Positions 47,773 through 56,968 of a DNA stretch of 64,000 bases are shown piece by piece. Below the pieces are notes generated by a model. The model did no database searches. It was not told where the DNA came from and saw only the letters and a program-made list of their open reading frames with translations. The position numbers were made by a program, and so were the translations under genes. The DNA is from an uncultured bacterium (lineage in GTDB: Bacteria; Patescibacteriota; Minisyncoccia; Phycocordibacterales; GCA-2401445). How positions within the stretch are numbered: the stretch's first letter is position 1; every line of letters starts with the position of its first letter. The stretch covers positions 206,661 through 270,660 of the forward strand of contig CALFYW010000016.1 of assembly GCA_937952265.1 (NCBI GenBank), given 5' to 3'.

Positions 47773-48309
47773 ATGTTGAGTTTTTTACCTGAGGTTACAA
47801 AAAAAGAAATCATTATGGCATACCGCTTTCGTGTGGGGGTGGTTGCCTCGATACTTCTGAGTGTGGTGGTGTTGTTTGCATTAGCGATGCTGATGCCCGC
47901 GTACCACCTTATTTTAGTTGAGGAAGAGATTGTTCAAGCCCGCGAAAAACAACTGAGTGAATCAGTAGTTGCTAAACAAATTGAGGCAGCGGAGAAACTT
48001 TTTTCAAGGGTATCGGAGCAGGCAGTGCTTCTTTCGGGTTTTGAACAAGCTTCTGTCGCGAGCGACATGATCTCTCGTATTACGGGGCTTCGGGGAGGGG
48101 ATGTTGCGGTTGAAAGTATTCGTTTTGAGCCAGGAGATGAACACAATACGCTTATCCTGCGGGGTGTTGCGGTGTATCGTGACGCGCTTCTTGTGTTCAA
48201 GGAGCGCTTAGTGGCACTCGATGACTTTAATGAGGTGGTTCTTCCTATTAAAGATCTGGCGCGTGATCGAGATCTTGAGTTTACCATTACCATTCAAGGT
48301 GATTTTTAA
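47773..48309 (+). CDS. pilN: PilN-like protein
   Basis: MLSFLP (NLLP-like) N-terminus, TM helix, LRGVA; follows pilM. Confidence 0.7.
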   Translation: MLSFLPEVTKKEIIMAYRFRVGVVASILLSVVVLFALAMLMPAYHLILVEEEIVQAREKQLSESVVAKQIEAAEKLFSRVSEQAVLLSGFEQASVASDMISRITGLRGGDVAVESIRFEPGDEHNTLILRGVAVYRDALLVFKERLVALDDFNEVVLPIKDLARDRDLEFTITIQGDF

Positions 48310-48315
48310 TAACGT

Positions 48316-48882
48316 ATGCAGGATATTACCACATTACGAAAACTTTTTACCTTATTTTTCCTCGGTTTCCTCTTGGTGGCTGGTGGGTATGTGGGAGCCT
48401 GGTTATTTTTGATGCATAAAATTGATGGTGTGTTACTCGGTCGAGCATTGATTGAGCGTCGACTTGCCCAAGAGGAAGATTTTCCTTCGGTTCGTGAACT
48501 ACAGCTTCGAGTTGGATCACAAGCAGGGGATCTTAATGAGCAGTTCGTGGTCCCTGGAAATGAAGTTGAGTTTATTGAGGGAGTAGAGTCGCTGGCACGA
48601 ACAAGTGGTGTGGCGATTGAAATTAAAGCAGTGAATCCTGAATCTGAAGAGATTGAAGGATCTTCATTTGATCGAGAAGTAATTACACTTGATGTGCTCG
48701 CCATTGGCTCATGGCGGGGACTCTTTCATTTTCTCTCCCTTTTAGAAAATGCGCGACCATATATGCGTATTGATCGTTTTCAGTTTGAATACGGCTCGCT
48801 CCCGGGAGATTCTGAAGCAGAAGGATGGCGAGGACTTTTTGTTATTAGTGCGATAATGTATGAAGATGCTACATCGTTATGA
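48316..48882 (+). CDS. pilO: PilO-like protein
   Basis: TM helix, FIEGVESLARTSGV, GSWRGLFHFLSLLEN. Confidence 0.7.
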   Translation: MQDITTLRKLFTLFFLGFLLVAGGYVGAWLFLMHKIDGVLLGRALIERRLAQEEDFPSVRELQLRVGSQAGDLNEQFVVPGNEVEFIEGVESLARTSGVAIEIKAVNPESEEIEGSSFDREVITLDVLAIGSWRGLFHFLSLLENARPYMRIDRFQFEYGSLPGDSEAEGWRGLFVISAIMYEDATSL

Positions 48883-49232
48883 AAAAGATCTCTTTTAAAA
48901 AACTATTAGTATCTAGCAAGACTTTTCTAAAGAGGAAAGAGTCTCCAATTAATCCTCGGCGCGACTGGTTGCTTATGCTCACCGTGTCTGTACTCCTGTT
49001 TCTTGGTGGGATGGTTGGGGGTGCTAAACTATACCTTGATGTTGAGCGCGGGACTCATGGTGGGCAAAACGTGGGGCTCGGAGCAAATCACGAGGTTGTA
49101 GTCCACACCGGAAACACTTCGCCGGTTGATTTAGCCCGACTTCAAAAAATAGTGGATTCAATTATCATGCGAGGTGAACGTTTTTCTGAATTACAGCGAT
49201 CAGCACCTTCGGTCATTGACCCTCGCATCTAG
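48879..49232 (+). CDS. Single-pass protein at the end of the pilMNO operon
   Basis: TM helix and C-terminal IDP motif; overlaps the pilO stop codon. Confidence 0.6.
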   Translation: MKKISFKKLLVSSKTFLKRKESPINPRRDWLLMLTVSVLLFLGGMVGGAKLYLDVERGTHGGQNVGLGANHEVVVHTGNTSPVDLARLQKIVDSIIMRGERFSELQRSAPSVIDPRI

Positions 49233-49253
49233 TCTGTATATCATGCTGACATT

Positions 49254-49325
49254 GCTCCCGTAGTTCAATGGATAGAACAGGGGACTTCTAAGCCTCTAAT
49301 GTAGGTTCGATTCCTGCCGGGAGCA
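49254..49325 (+). tRNA. tRNA-Arg(UCU)
   Basis: Cloverleaf; anticodon loop CTTCTAA; one mismatch at the loop-closing pair of the anticodon stem. Confidence 0.88.
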
Positions 49326-49486
49326 CCGCATCAAGTCTGATTTTACTGATGGTATGGTATTCTTGCGCTATATTATAATATGGTAAGAGGAATCAAGATG
49401 GCACATTCATGAATCACGCTTATTACTGGTTACTCCGAGTATTAAAGTTGGCAAAAGGCAATAACACCTTAGAAACGTAAATTTGT

Positions 49487-51271
49487 ATGGAACACACTAC
49501 AGAGCTCGAGCATATTCGCCATTCATTATCCCATATCCTTGCAATGGCGGTTTTGGCATATGACCCAGAAGCACGCCTCGGTATTGGCCCCGTTATAGAT
49601 AACGGTTTTTATTATGATATTCAGTTCTCAAAAAAATTTTCAGATGAAGCACTGCCCTTATTAGAGGAATCTATGCGAAAGATCATCGCGCAAGACTTAC
49701 CGTTTAGAGGGAAGGAGGTAACTCCAGATGAAGCTCGAAATCTTTTCGCTCACCAGCCTTTTAAGTTGGAATTGATTCAGGAATTAGAAACAGATAAACA
49801 AAAAATCAGTGTGTATCATACCGGAGATACGTTTATGGACCTTTGTCGTGGTGGCCATGTTGGATCCACAAAAGAGATTCCGATCGATGGATTCGCTTTA
49901 ACCCATAGTGCTGGTGCGTATTGGAAGGGGCATGAGAGAAACCCAATGCTCACGCGTATTTATGGTCTCGCATTTCATTCGGCGGAAGCATTAGAGGCAT
50001 ACCGTAAAACACAAGAGGAAGCAAAAAAACGAGACCATCGCGTGCTCAATGAAAAGCATGATTACTTTATGATTTCTGAAGAAGTAGGGAAAGGTCTCCC
50101 TTTATACCTCCCGCACGGCGCCTATATTCGAAAAAAATTGGAAGATTTTATGTATGAGAAAGAGCTTGCGCACGGATATCAATATGTTTATACCCCACTA
50201 CTCACCCATAAACGACTTTATGAACAGTCAGGACATTTAACCCATTACCGCGATGATATGTACAACCCTCTTGAGATAGAGGGTGAGGAATACTATATTC
50301 GGCCAATGAATTGCCCGCATCACCATCAGATTTTCAAACATAAACCCGTTTCGTATCGTGATCTCCCGTTACGGCTTGCGGAATTTGGTCTGGTGCACCG
50401 ATTTGAGCGCTCGGGCGTACTCACGGGGCTTATTCGTGCCCGTTGTTTTACACAAAATGACGCGCACATTTATTGCGCGAAACAAGATTTGAAAAAAGAG
50501 TTGCGTGGCGTACTCGAACTTTTTAAAGAAGTATATGATAACGTGTTTGATATTAAAGATTATTGGTTTCGTCTTTCATTGCCTGATTTCTCAAATACGG
50601 AGAAATTTGGGGATCTTGAGAATAAAGCGATGTGGGATGAGGCGACTGAAGCAGCGCGCGCGGCACTCAATGAGTTTGGCGCGCGTTATGTTGAAGGTGG
50701 AGGTGAGGCCGCATTTTATGGTCCCAAAATTGATGTAGAGATACGTAATGTAAACGGAAAGGAAGACACCATTGCGACGGTACAAGTTGATTTTTATTCT
50801 GCAGACCGATTTAATCTCGAATTTACCAACAATCAAGGACAAAAAGAAAAACCAGTCATTATTCATCGCGCCATCATGGGTTCTTTTGAACGATTTTTTG
50901 CGTTTCTTATTGAGCAATATGCAGGCGTATTTCCAACATGGCTTTCACCGGTGCACGTCATGGTGCTCCCCATAAGCGAGAAACATGGTGCGTACGCCGA
51001 AGAGGTTACGGAGACGCTTCGTAATGGAGGTCTTCATGTACGTCTTGATAATTCAAAAGAAACCCTTGGGAGGAAAGTGCGTACCGCAAAGAATCTCAAA
51101 GTCCCTTATTTTATTGTTGTGGGTGACCAAGAGGTAAAACTAAAAACAATTACTGCTGAAGATCGTCATGGAGACAAAATCGAAAATACTTCGGTGGGCG
51201 AGTTTCTCTCGTTAGTGCAAGAGGAGATTAAGACACGTAAAAATTTTAATTTAAAAAGCAAGGCTGAGTAA
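49487..51271 (+). CDS. thrS: Threonine--tRNA ligase
   Basis: HSLSHILA, DLCRGGHV, RDHR, RPMNCPHH, AFYGPKID, IHRAIMGSFERF. Confidence 0.96.
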   Translation: MEHTTELEHIRHSLSHILAMAVLAYDPEARLGIGPVIDNGFYYDIQFSKKFSDEALPLLEESMRKIIAQDLPFRGKEVTPDEARNLFAHQPFKLELIQELETDKQKISVYHTGDTFMDLCRGGHVGSTKEIPIDGFALTHSAGAYWKGHERNPMLTRIYGLAFHSAEALEAYRKTQEEAKKRDHRVLNEKHDYFMISEEVGKGLPLYLPHGAYIRKKLEDFMYEKELAHGYQYVYTPLLTHKRLYEQSGHLTHYRDDMYNPLEIEGEEYYIRPMNCPHHHQIFKHKPVSYRDLPLRLAEFGLVHRFERSGVLTGLIRARCFTQNDAHIYCAKQDLKKELRGVLELFKEVYDNVFDIKDYWFRLSLPDFSNTEKFGDLENKAMWDEATEAARAALNEFGARYVEGGGEAAFYGPKIDVEIRNVNGKEDTIATVQVDFYSADRFNLEFTNNQGQKEKPVIIHRAIMGSFERFFAFLIEQYAGVFPTWLSPVHVMVLPISEKHGAYAEEVTETLRNGGLHVRLDNSKETLGRKVRTAKNLKVPYFIVVGDQEVKLKTITAEDRHGDKIENTSVGEFLSLVQEEIKTRKNFNLKSKAE

Positions 51272-51279
51272 GTTTCAAA

Positions 51280-52866
51280 TTATTCACTTTTCTTGATATT
51301 AGAATTTTGTTTTACCCATTCAAGAAGCAGTCGAGTATCCTTTTCTCGATTTTCTGAACCAAGTACAATAATCGCAACAGGGACTTCACCAGTAGGAGTT
51401 TTGAGGTTCCATACCGTTGCCAACGTTTCTCCCGCAGCACTCGTTTTTCCGTTTTTTACTCCAACAAGTTCTGGTTCGTAGATGAACTCATTTACGTTTT
51501 TTAAGCTCGTAAGGTTGATGGTTCCTCCAATTTTAAGGAGTCCGATGTCGTCGAATACTCGCCCTCGAGTGATCTCAAATAGGAAGGGTCGTTTGTAATA
51601 AATGTATGCCAAAAGTTGTGAGAGGTCTTCGGCAGTAGATATGTTTTGAGCACTGATCCCTGAGGGGTCGCTAAAGCGGGTTTCTTCCATAAGAAGAGAT
51701 TCCGCTTTGCTATTCATCTGGGCTACAAAATGGTTTCCTCCAACAAATCCAGCCAGTAGGTTTGCTGAGGTGTTTGATGACTGCATTAAAAGAGGGTAGA
51801 GAAGATCAACCCCAGCATAGTCGCTCCCAGTCGTAGGTGTGAAGATCTCTTGTATTGCGGCAAGTAGGTTGGGGGTTGCGTGGATTGACCGGCCAAGATA
51901 AATAACTTCATGTGCTACCACCGCGGTCATGAGTTTGGTAAGGGATGCAATAGGGAGTGCGACTGATGCGTTTTTCTCAAGTATGGTTTTTTGAGAGTGG
52001 ATCTCTGAAATCAAAAATGCTTCCGCGGTAACTTCAGGTGGTGCCGAAGGCGCCGGTGTTAATAGAAAGTCTCCATAATGAATATTTTCATTTCTATCCT
52101 CAAGCACCAAAATTGGCATGTCTTTCGGGCCAAAATCAAAAACTTTTTGCGCATCTTCATTTGAGAGTCGTATACAACCGCCAGAATAGTCCGAGGATAC
52201 GGGAGCTCCATCATCATAATGGGGCCAACCGTGTACAAAATAGTTTCCATAAAATTGCATACTATATGGCATCCATACATGCCCTATAGATGAATAGTGG
52301 TTCCTTTTTTTGCCAAGGATGTGATAGCTTCCGGTCGGAGTTTCCCACCAACTTCCTGGCTTTCCTTTACTTAAGATTTTAAAGGTTTCTTTGGCCACCC
52401 CGTTTTCATACAGTGTAATCGTCATACTACGAAGATCTGCTTCAATAAAGCTGATCTTCTCTTCAATATAAGAGCTTCTTTGTTCAAGTACTTTTTCTTT
52501 ATCTGGAAGCACGAGTGTTTGTGTATCAGTGAAAACCTCCTCTTTAATGTCGGGTGTATTTTTTGTTTCTATAACCTGATGACGTTCAATATGCTGAGGT
52601 GTGGTCGCACGGCTCTTTAAAAGATAAGCTATTACCCCAATAAGTATGAGCGCAATGAGGAGCAATATGAAGTATACGAACCACTTTCTCGGATATTTCC
52701 CAAATGCACTCTTATGATGAGCGGGTATATGTTTCCCGTGCTTGAACGCGCGACGGATTTCTTCAGTATCCCACCCTGCACGACGGAGATTTTTTACGAT
52801 TTCTTTATGGCTTAGACCAAATCGTGTTGCTTGTGAGATATATTCTTCGAGTCGCTCGGTATCCAT
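51280..52866 (-). CDS. L,D-transpeptidase (YkuD) fused to D-Ala-D-Ala carboxypeptidase (S11)
   Basis: TPTG...VHGWP...SGGCIRL, then ASLTKLMT (SxxK), SSN (SxN) and KNG. Confidence 0.85.
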   Translation of the reverse strand: MDTERLEEYISQATRFGLSHKEIVKNLRRAGWDTEEIRRAFKHGKHIPAHHKSAFGKYPRKWFVYFILLLIALILIGVIAYLLKSRATTPQHIERHQVIETKNTPDIKEEVFTDTQTLVLPDKEKVLEQRSSYIEEKISFIEADLRSMTITLYENGVAKETFKILSKGKPGSWWETPTGSYHILGKKRNHYSSIGHVWMPYSMQFYGNYFVHGWPHYDDGAPVSSDYSGGCIRLSNEDAQKVFDFGPKDMPILVLEDRNENIHYGDFLLTPAPSAPPEVTAEAFLISEIHSQKTILEKNASVALPIASLTKLMTAVVAHEVIYLGRSIHATPNLLAAIQEIFTPTTGSDYAGVDLLYPLLMQSSNTSANLLAGFVGGNHFVAQMNSKAESLLMEETRFSDPSGISAQNISTAEDLSQLLAYIYYKRPFLFEITRGRVFDDIGLLKIGGTINLTSLKNVNEFIYEPELVGVKNGKTSAAGETLATVWNLKTPTGEVPVAIIVLGSENREKDTRLLLEWVKQNSNIKKSE

Positions 52867-52963
52867 CCTTGTTATTTTATGTGTTTTTTAACACAAAAAG
52901 AACAGAGAATGTGGTGATAAGTTAGAATAGGCAAATATGATTTTTGTGAGGGTATCTCTACTG

Positions 52964-53039
52964 TGGTGGGCGCTGAGGGACTTGAACCCCCGACCTTCTC
53001 GGTGTAAACGAGTTGCTCTACCAACTGAGCTAAGCGCCC
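52964..53039 (-). tRNA. tRNA-Val(UAC)
   Basis: Cloverleaf; anticodon loop TTTACAC; CCA encoded. Confidence 0.93.
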
Positions 53040-53105
53040 ATATTAAAAACATACTCTATTTTAATGCATTTTTCAATAAAAGCAGTATAGTAGGGAATAT
53101 CATTT

Positions 53106-53831
53106 ATGCAAGCAGAAATTACGCTTCTTTATGAAGATCAGGACGTCTTGGTGATTAATAAACCAGCGGGGATTCCGGTGCATGCCGATGGGAGAAATGA
53201 GACGCAGTCTACGGTAGCTGACTGGGTGCTTACTCAGTTTCCAAAGATGAAGGGGGTAGGTGAGCCGATGGAGCTTTCAAATGGGATGATGATTGATCGT
53301 CCAGGCATCGTACATCGAATCGATCGCGATACCTCAGGAGTATTGGTGCTCGCGCGCCATCAGGAGTCATTTGCTTTTTTGAAGAAGCAGTTTCAATCGC
53401 GAGAAATTAAAAAGAAATATCTCGGCTTTGTTTATGGAAGCATGAACACAAAAGAAGGAATCGTTAACCTACCTATTGGAAAGAGCGCGCGTGATTTTCG
53501 AAAATGGTCTGCGGAGAGGGGCGCAAAGGGGGTTCTACGTGATGCAGAAACTTTCTTTCGGGTGATAGAGAGTTCTCACGAGGCTTCATTTATTGAGCTT
53601 TTTCCCACCACGGGGCGCACTCATCAGCTCCGTGTTCATTTGAAAGCAATACATCACCCCATTGTGTGCGATAAGCTGTACGCACCAAAACGGGCCTGTA
53701 TATTAGGTTTTAATCGACACGCACTCCATGCGAGTATGATCACCTTTAAGAGTAGTTCGGGAGGGATGCATTCAGTTGAAGCGCTCTTGCCACAAGATTT
53801 TATTGATGCGAAGCGCGTCTTGCTCGGATAA
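53106..53831 (+). CDS. RluA family pseudouridine synthase
   Basis: INKPAG, VHRIDRDTSG, TGRTHQLRVH, ALHA. Confidence 0.93.
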   Translation: MQAEITLLYEDQDVLVINKPAGIPVHADGRNETQSTVADWVLTQFPKMKGVGEPMELSNGMMIDRPGIVHRIDRDTSGVLVLARHQESFAFLKKQFQSREIKKKYLGFVYGSMNTKEGIVNLPIGKSARDFRKWSAERGAKGVLRDAETFFRVIESSHEASFIELFPTTGRTHQLRVHLKAIHHPIVCDKLYAPKRACILGFNRHALHASMITFKSSSGGMHSVEALLPQDFIDAKRVLLG

Positions 53832-53858
53832 CCGGCTTATGGTAAGGTGTTCTCTAAT

Positions 53859-54341
53859 ATGTCATACGCAGTAAAAGCACTTGCCGACGTTTCGATTTCA
53901 TCAGTAAATAGAGAGGCTCGAGCTAAGCTCGGCATTCGTTCTGGTGATACGGTACGTGTTTGGCAGAAAATTCAAGAAAAAGGAAAAACTCGACTTCAAG
54001 CTTTCGAGGGATTAGTGCTTGCCGTAAAACACGGAAGTGAACCAGGTGCTCGTTTTGTGGTTCGCCGTGTCTCTGGGGGCATGGGCATCGAAAAGAATTT
54101 TCCACTTTATTCTCCGATGATTGATAAGATTGAAATCTTGCGCCGTTCAAAAGTCCGTCGCGCGAAACTTTATTTTGTGCGTGAGAAGGTCGCAAAAGAA
54201 ATTCGCCGGCAAATGCGCAATATGCGACAGATGAATATTTCAGTAAGTGAGAGCGAAGCGCAGGAGGAAGTTTCTAAAGAAGAAGAAAAAAAGACAGAGC
54301 ATGCCGAACCAACGCCAGAAAAAGTAGAAGAAAAGGAATAA
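53859..54341 (+). CDS. rplS: 50S ribosomal protein L19
   Basis: GDTVRVWQKI..KTRLQAFEG, FPLYSP, KVRRAKLY; acidic tail. Confidence 0.95.
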   Translation: MSYAVKALADVSISSVNREARAKLGIRSGDTVRVWQKIQEKGKTRLQAFEGLVLAVKHGSEPGARFVVRRVSGGMGIEKNFPLYSPMIDKIEILRRSKVRRAKLYFVREKVAKEIRRQMRNMRQMNISVSESEAQEEVSKEEEKKTEHAEPTPEKVEEKE

Positions 54342-54347
54342 TAGCTG

Positions 54348-54386
54348 TTCAACTAAAAAAGCTCCAGAGGAGCTTTTTTAGTTGAA
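54348..54386 (+). terminator. Intrinsic terminator after rplS
   Basis: TTCAACTAAAAAAGCTCC-aga-GGAGCTTTTTTAGTTGAA. Confidence 0.85.
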
Positions 54387-54419
54387 AGATGATACGTACT
54401 CGTGCATAATACCCGATAT

Positions 54420-54506
54420 GCGCAGGTGCTGAAACTGGTAGACAGGCTAGCTTGAGGGGCTAGTGCTCATTAGAGCGTGGAGGTTCAAGTCCTCTCCTGC
54501 GCACCA
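54420..54506 (+). tRNA. tRNA-Leu(GAG)
   Basis: Cloverleaf with variable arm; CTAGC-TTGAGGG-GCTAG; CCA encoded. Confidence 0.93.
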
Positions 54507-54659
54507 AAACTAACTTTGTTGGAATTGATTGCTCCGCTCGCCACCCCAAATAAAAGTTTTGTTCGCTTTTTCTGATTTGCGCGCCGGATTTTTTCTTCTA
54601 AAAGGAAAACAAAACTTTTCTTTGGGGCTCTGCTCTGAACGAGCAGGCGGCGGGGCGGG

Positions 54660-54870
54660 TCAGTTTTCCCGCTCAAAAAAGGTTCGCGCAAAGTGTATAA
54701 TTACAGCACCAGAACAGAACTTAACGGTTTTTCAGAGACCGAATTGTGGGCGGCACAAAGCGCCGCCCACTGATTTCCTCCCCCATTTTTCCAAACGAAT
54801 TTGGAGCGTCGCCTTCGGCGACGCGCACTTTTCTTTCGGCGAGGAGGAGGTGCGAATCAGAAGCAATTTT
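54660..54870 (-). pseudogene. Probable remnant of a site-specific recombinase 3' end pointing at tRNA-Leu
   Basis: Broken minus-strand frames SHLLLAERKVRVAEGDAPNSFGKMG / GNQWAALCAAHNSVSEKPLSSVLV / FARTFFEREN*; resemble, from memory, C-termini of CPR tRNA-associated serine recombinases. Confidence 0.4.
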
Positions 54871-55175
54871 AACTCATAGTATTTGCTTTGGATACAAAAA
54901 GAATTTTTGCTATAATGAATTTGCGCTAACTTGTGGAAGGCCTATTTTAATGGCCGTATCGGACTTATCTAGGTCTTCTATTGAGCGCAAGCACAATAAG
55001 ATTTGATTGCGCGTAGCGCAAACCAAAGGGTAGAATTCAGAGCACTAACTACATTTCCGCGCGCTTTTTGCGGAATGGTTGTTGATTTTGTAATCTCCCA
55101 ATACTTTACAAGAAGAGTGTTTTTAGGGTATAGTTCGGATGTTCAAATAGTAACCTCTATTTATAGTTCAATAAT

Positions 55176-56290
55176 ATGAATAATCAAGATTTATCTAAGG
55201 GTGGAGATTTTGATCCAGGATCGTTATCCTCGCCGCTGGCGTTGCCAGGGGCGATCTCTCTTTTTTTGTAGAAGCGTTTTCAATTTACGTTAAACGTTTT
55301 TGGGTTTTCTCGGGTATCGCAACAATTCCTTTTGTCACCTTTTTTATTTTTGATCTTTTATTTTCGCTACTCCCATCAGGAAACCAGGGGGTATTGATTA
55401 CGATAGAGCTTTTTACCCTAATAGGTTTTATCGTTATCGCACTTTGGAGTCAAATTGCATTGATTGTTGCGGTTAAAGACTATCAGGAGAAAATTGGAAT
55501 TATTGAGTCGTACCGTCGTGCTTGGAAATACAATCTTTCGTATTGGTGGATTGAACTACTCATAGCTATTATTACAACCGGAGGCTACCTCCTCTTTATT
55601 ATTCCAGGTGTTATTTTTAGCCTATGGTTTCTATTTTCACGATTTGTCTTGGTCGCTGAAGGAGAGAGGGGAATGTCAGAGCTTCTTAAGAGTAGAGAGT
55701 ATGTTAAGGGGAGGTGGTTCAAGATCTTCTTTAGACTTCTTTTTATTGGTGTGATAATACTTGCAATCGTATTTACGCTTTATTTTGATTTTGGATCAGG
55801 TCTGCCATTCCTACCTGATTCAACCATGCAAGAGGTGCTTGCTCTCATAATGCAAATTCTCCTTTACCCATTTGTTATGAGCTATCTCTTCCTCTTGTAT
55901 TTTTATAGCAAAAAAGCAAAGGGGGATTTTTCTTTCTCACCAACTCGTGGCCAAAAGGCAACCTTCTTGTCTATCGGTTTTGCAGGAGTACTCATTCCAA
56001 TTGTTCTTGCGGGGGTAGTATTTTTTAGCTTGAACACGGCTCGAGAAAAGGCAGCTCAGCGCGTTGCGGATATACAAACAATACAGACTGGATTAGCACT
56101 TTACTATGAAGAAAATAGTACATACCCGGTTTCTCTCGAAGAGCTTACCCCTCACTATGTGCCAGCAGTTCCTTTTGATATTACAACCGGTCAGCCCTAT
56201 CAGTACGAACAATTTGGAGATTCTGATTACGCGCTTTGTCTTGAGGTCAACAGAGAGGTGAAATGCTTGTCCGCATGGGCTCTCAATTGA
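55176..56290 (+). CDS. Polytopic membrane protein fused to a C-terminal pseudopilin-like domain; frameshifted at a T7 tract
   Basis: The ATG 55176 frame stops just after T7 (55261-55267); the other frame continues VEAFSIYVKRFWVF... into the 55394 ORF; C-terminus SLNTAREKA..RVADIQTIQTGLALYY...YP. Confidence 0.65.
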
Positions 56291-56340
56291 TCAGGATAAA
56301 ACTTTATCGCGGTTTTTTCTGAGATGGTATAATAATCGGT

Positions 56341-56901
56341 GTGGATTTTTTTTCATTCTTTTCTTATAAACAGACACGAGGGTTTACGCTACTTGAGTTG
56401 CTTGTCGTGATTTCAATTATTGGATTTTTATCTTCCACGGCACTTGTTTCTCTTGGAGATGCTCAGACTAAAGTTCGAAATACTGCTCGGCTTCAAATTG
56501 CCAAAGAGTATGAAAAGGCGATTATATTAGCTCGCGAAACGTATGATACCTACCCGGTTACTCCTGATACGAACCGCTACTACTGCTTGGGAGATTTTGA
56601 TGATGATGCGTGTGGGTCTGGAGGAATTGGTAATCAAGAGTATGGGCCATTGCTTACGACCATAGGTGAATTTTATCCGGGATTACCAACACTTGAGCAG
56701 GTACCTATTGGTCGGTCGGGTCGTATAACCCCATGGGAGGGGCCGTTATATCAGTGCTCAGAAATTATTGGAGGAATTTGTACACGAGTCGAAATGATGT
56801 GGTTTACTGAAGGGCTTGATACGATATTTTGTGGAAATGCTGAAGCGACAGCGCGTGCCAGTTTGGGTGCAACTCGGTGTCTTCTTACCTTTGAAATTTG
56901 A
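56341..56901 (+). CDS. Type IV pilin
   Basis: RG/FTLLELLVVISIIGFL; Cys-rich C-terminal region. Confidence 0.9.
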   Translation: MDFFSFFSYKQTRGFTLLELLVVISIIGFLSSTALVSLGDAQTKVRNTARLQIAKEYEKAIILARETYDTYPVTPDTNRYYCLGDFDDDACGSGGIGNQEYGPLLTTIGEFYPGLPTLEQVPIGRSGRITPWEGPLYQCSEIIGGICTRVEMMWFTEGLDTIFCGNAEATARASLGATRCLLTFEI

Positions 56902-56968
56902 GTAGTTTATCCACCCATACGCATCGTTTTTGATAAACGTGCATGATAAAGTGATAGTATAAACCACT

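Noticed and set aside
49330..49486. T-box riboswitch in the thrS leader
   Set aside because: No recognisable GGTGGNACC T-box or terminator/antiterminator pair, and the leader is short.
54045..54054. GGTGCTCGTT match to the VR/TR 3' end as a second DGR target
   Set aside because: The match is only 10 nt, lies inside rplS and has no upstream similarity to TR. I found no other VR copy in the window by eye.
54485..55006. Short ORFs after tRNA-Leu (54485-54691, 54529-54879, 54746-55006)
   Set aside because: They overlap each other and the tRNA and have no protein-like features; a decayed integration scar explains them better.
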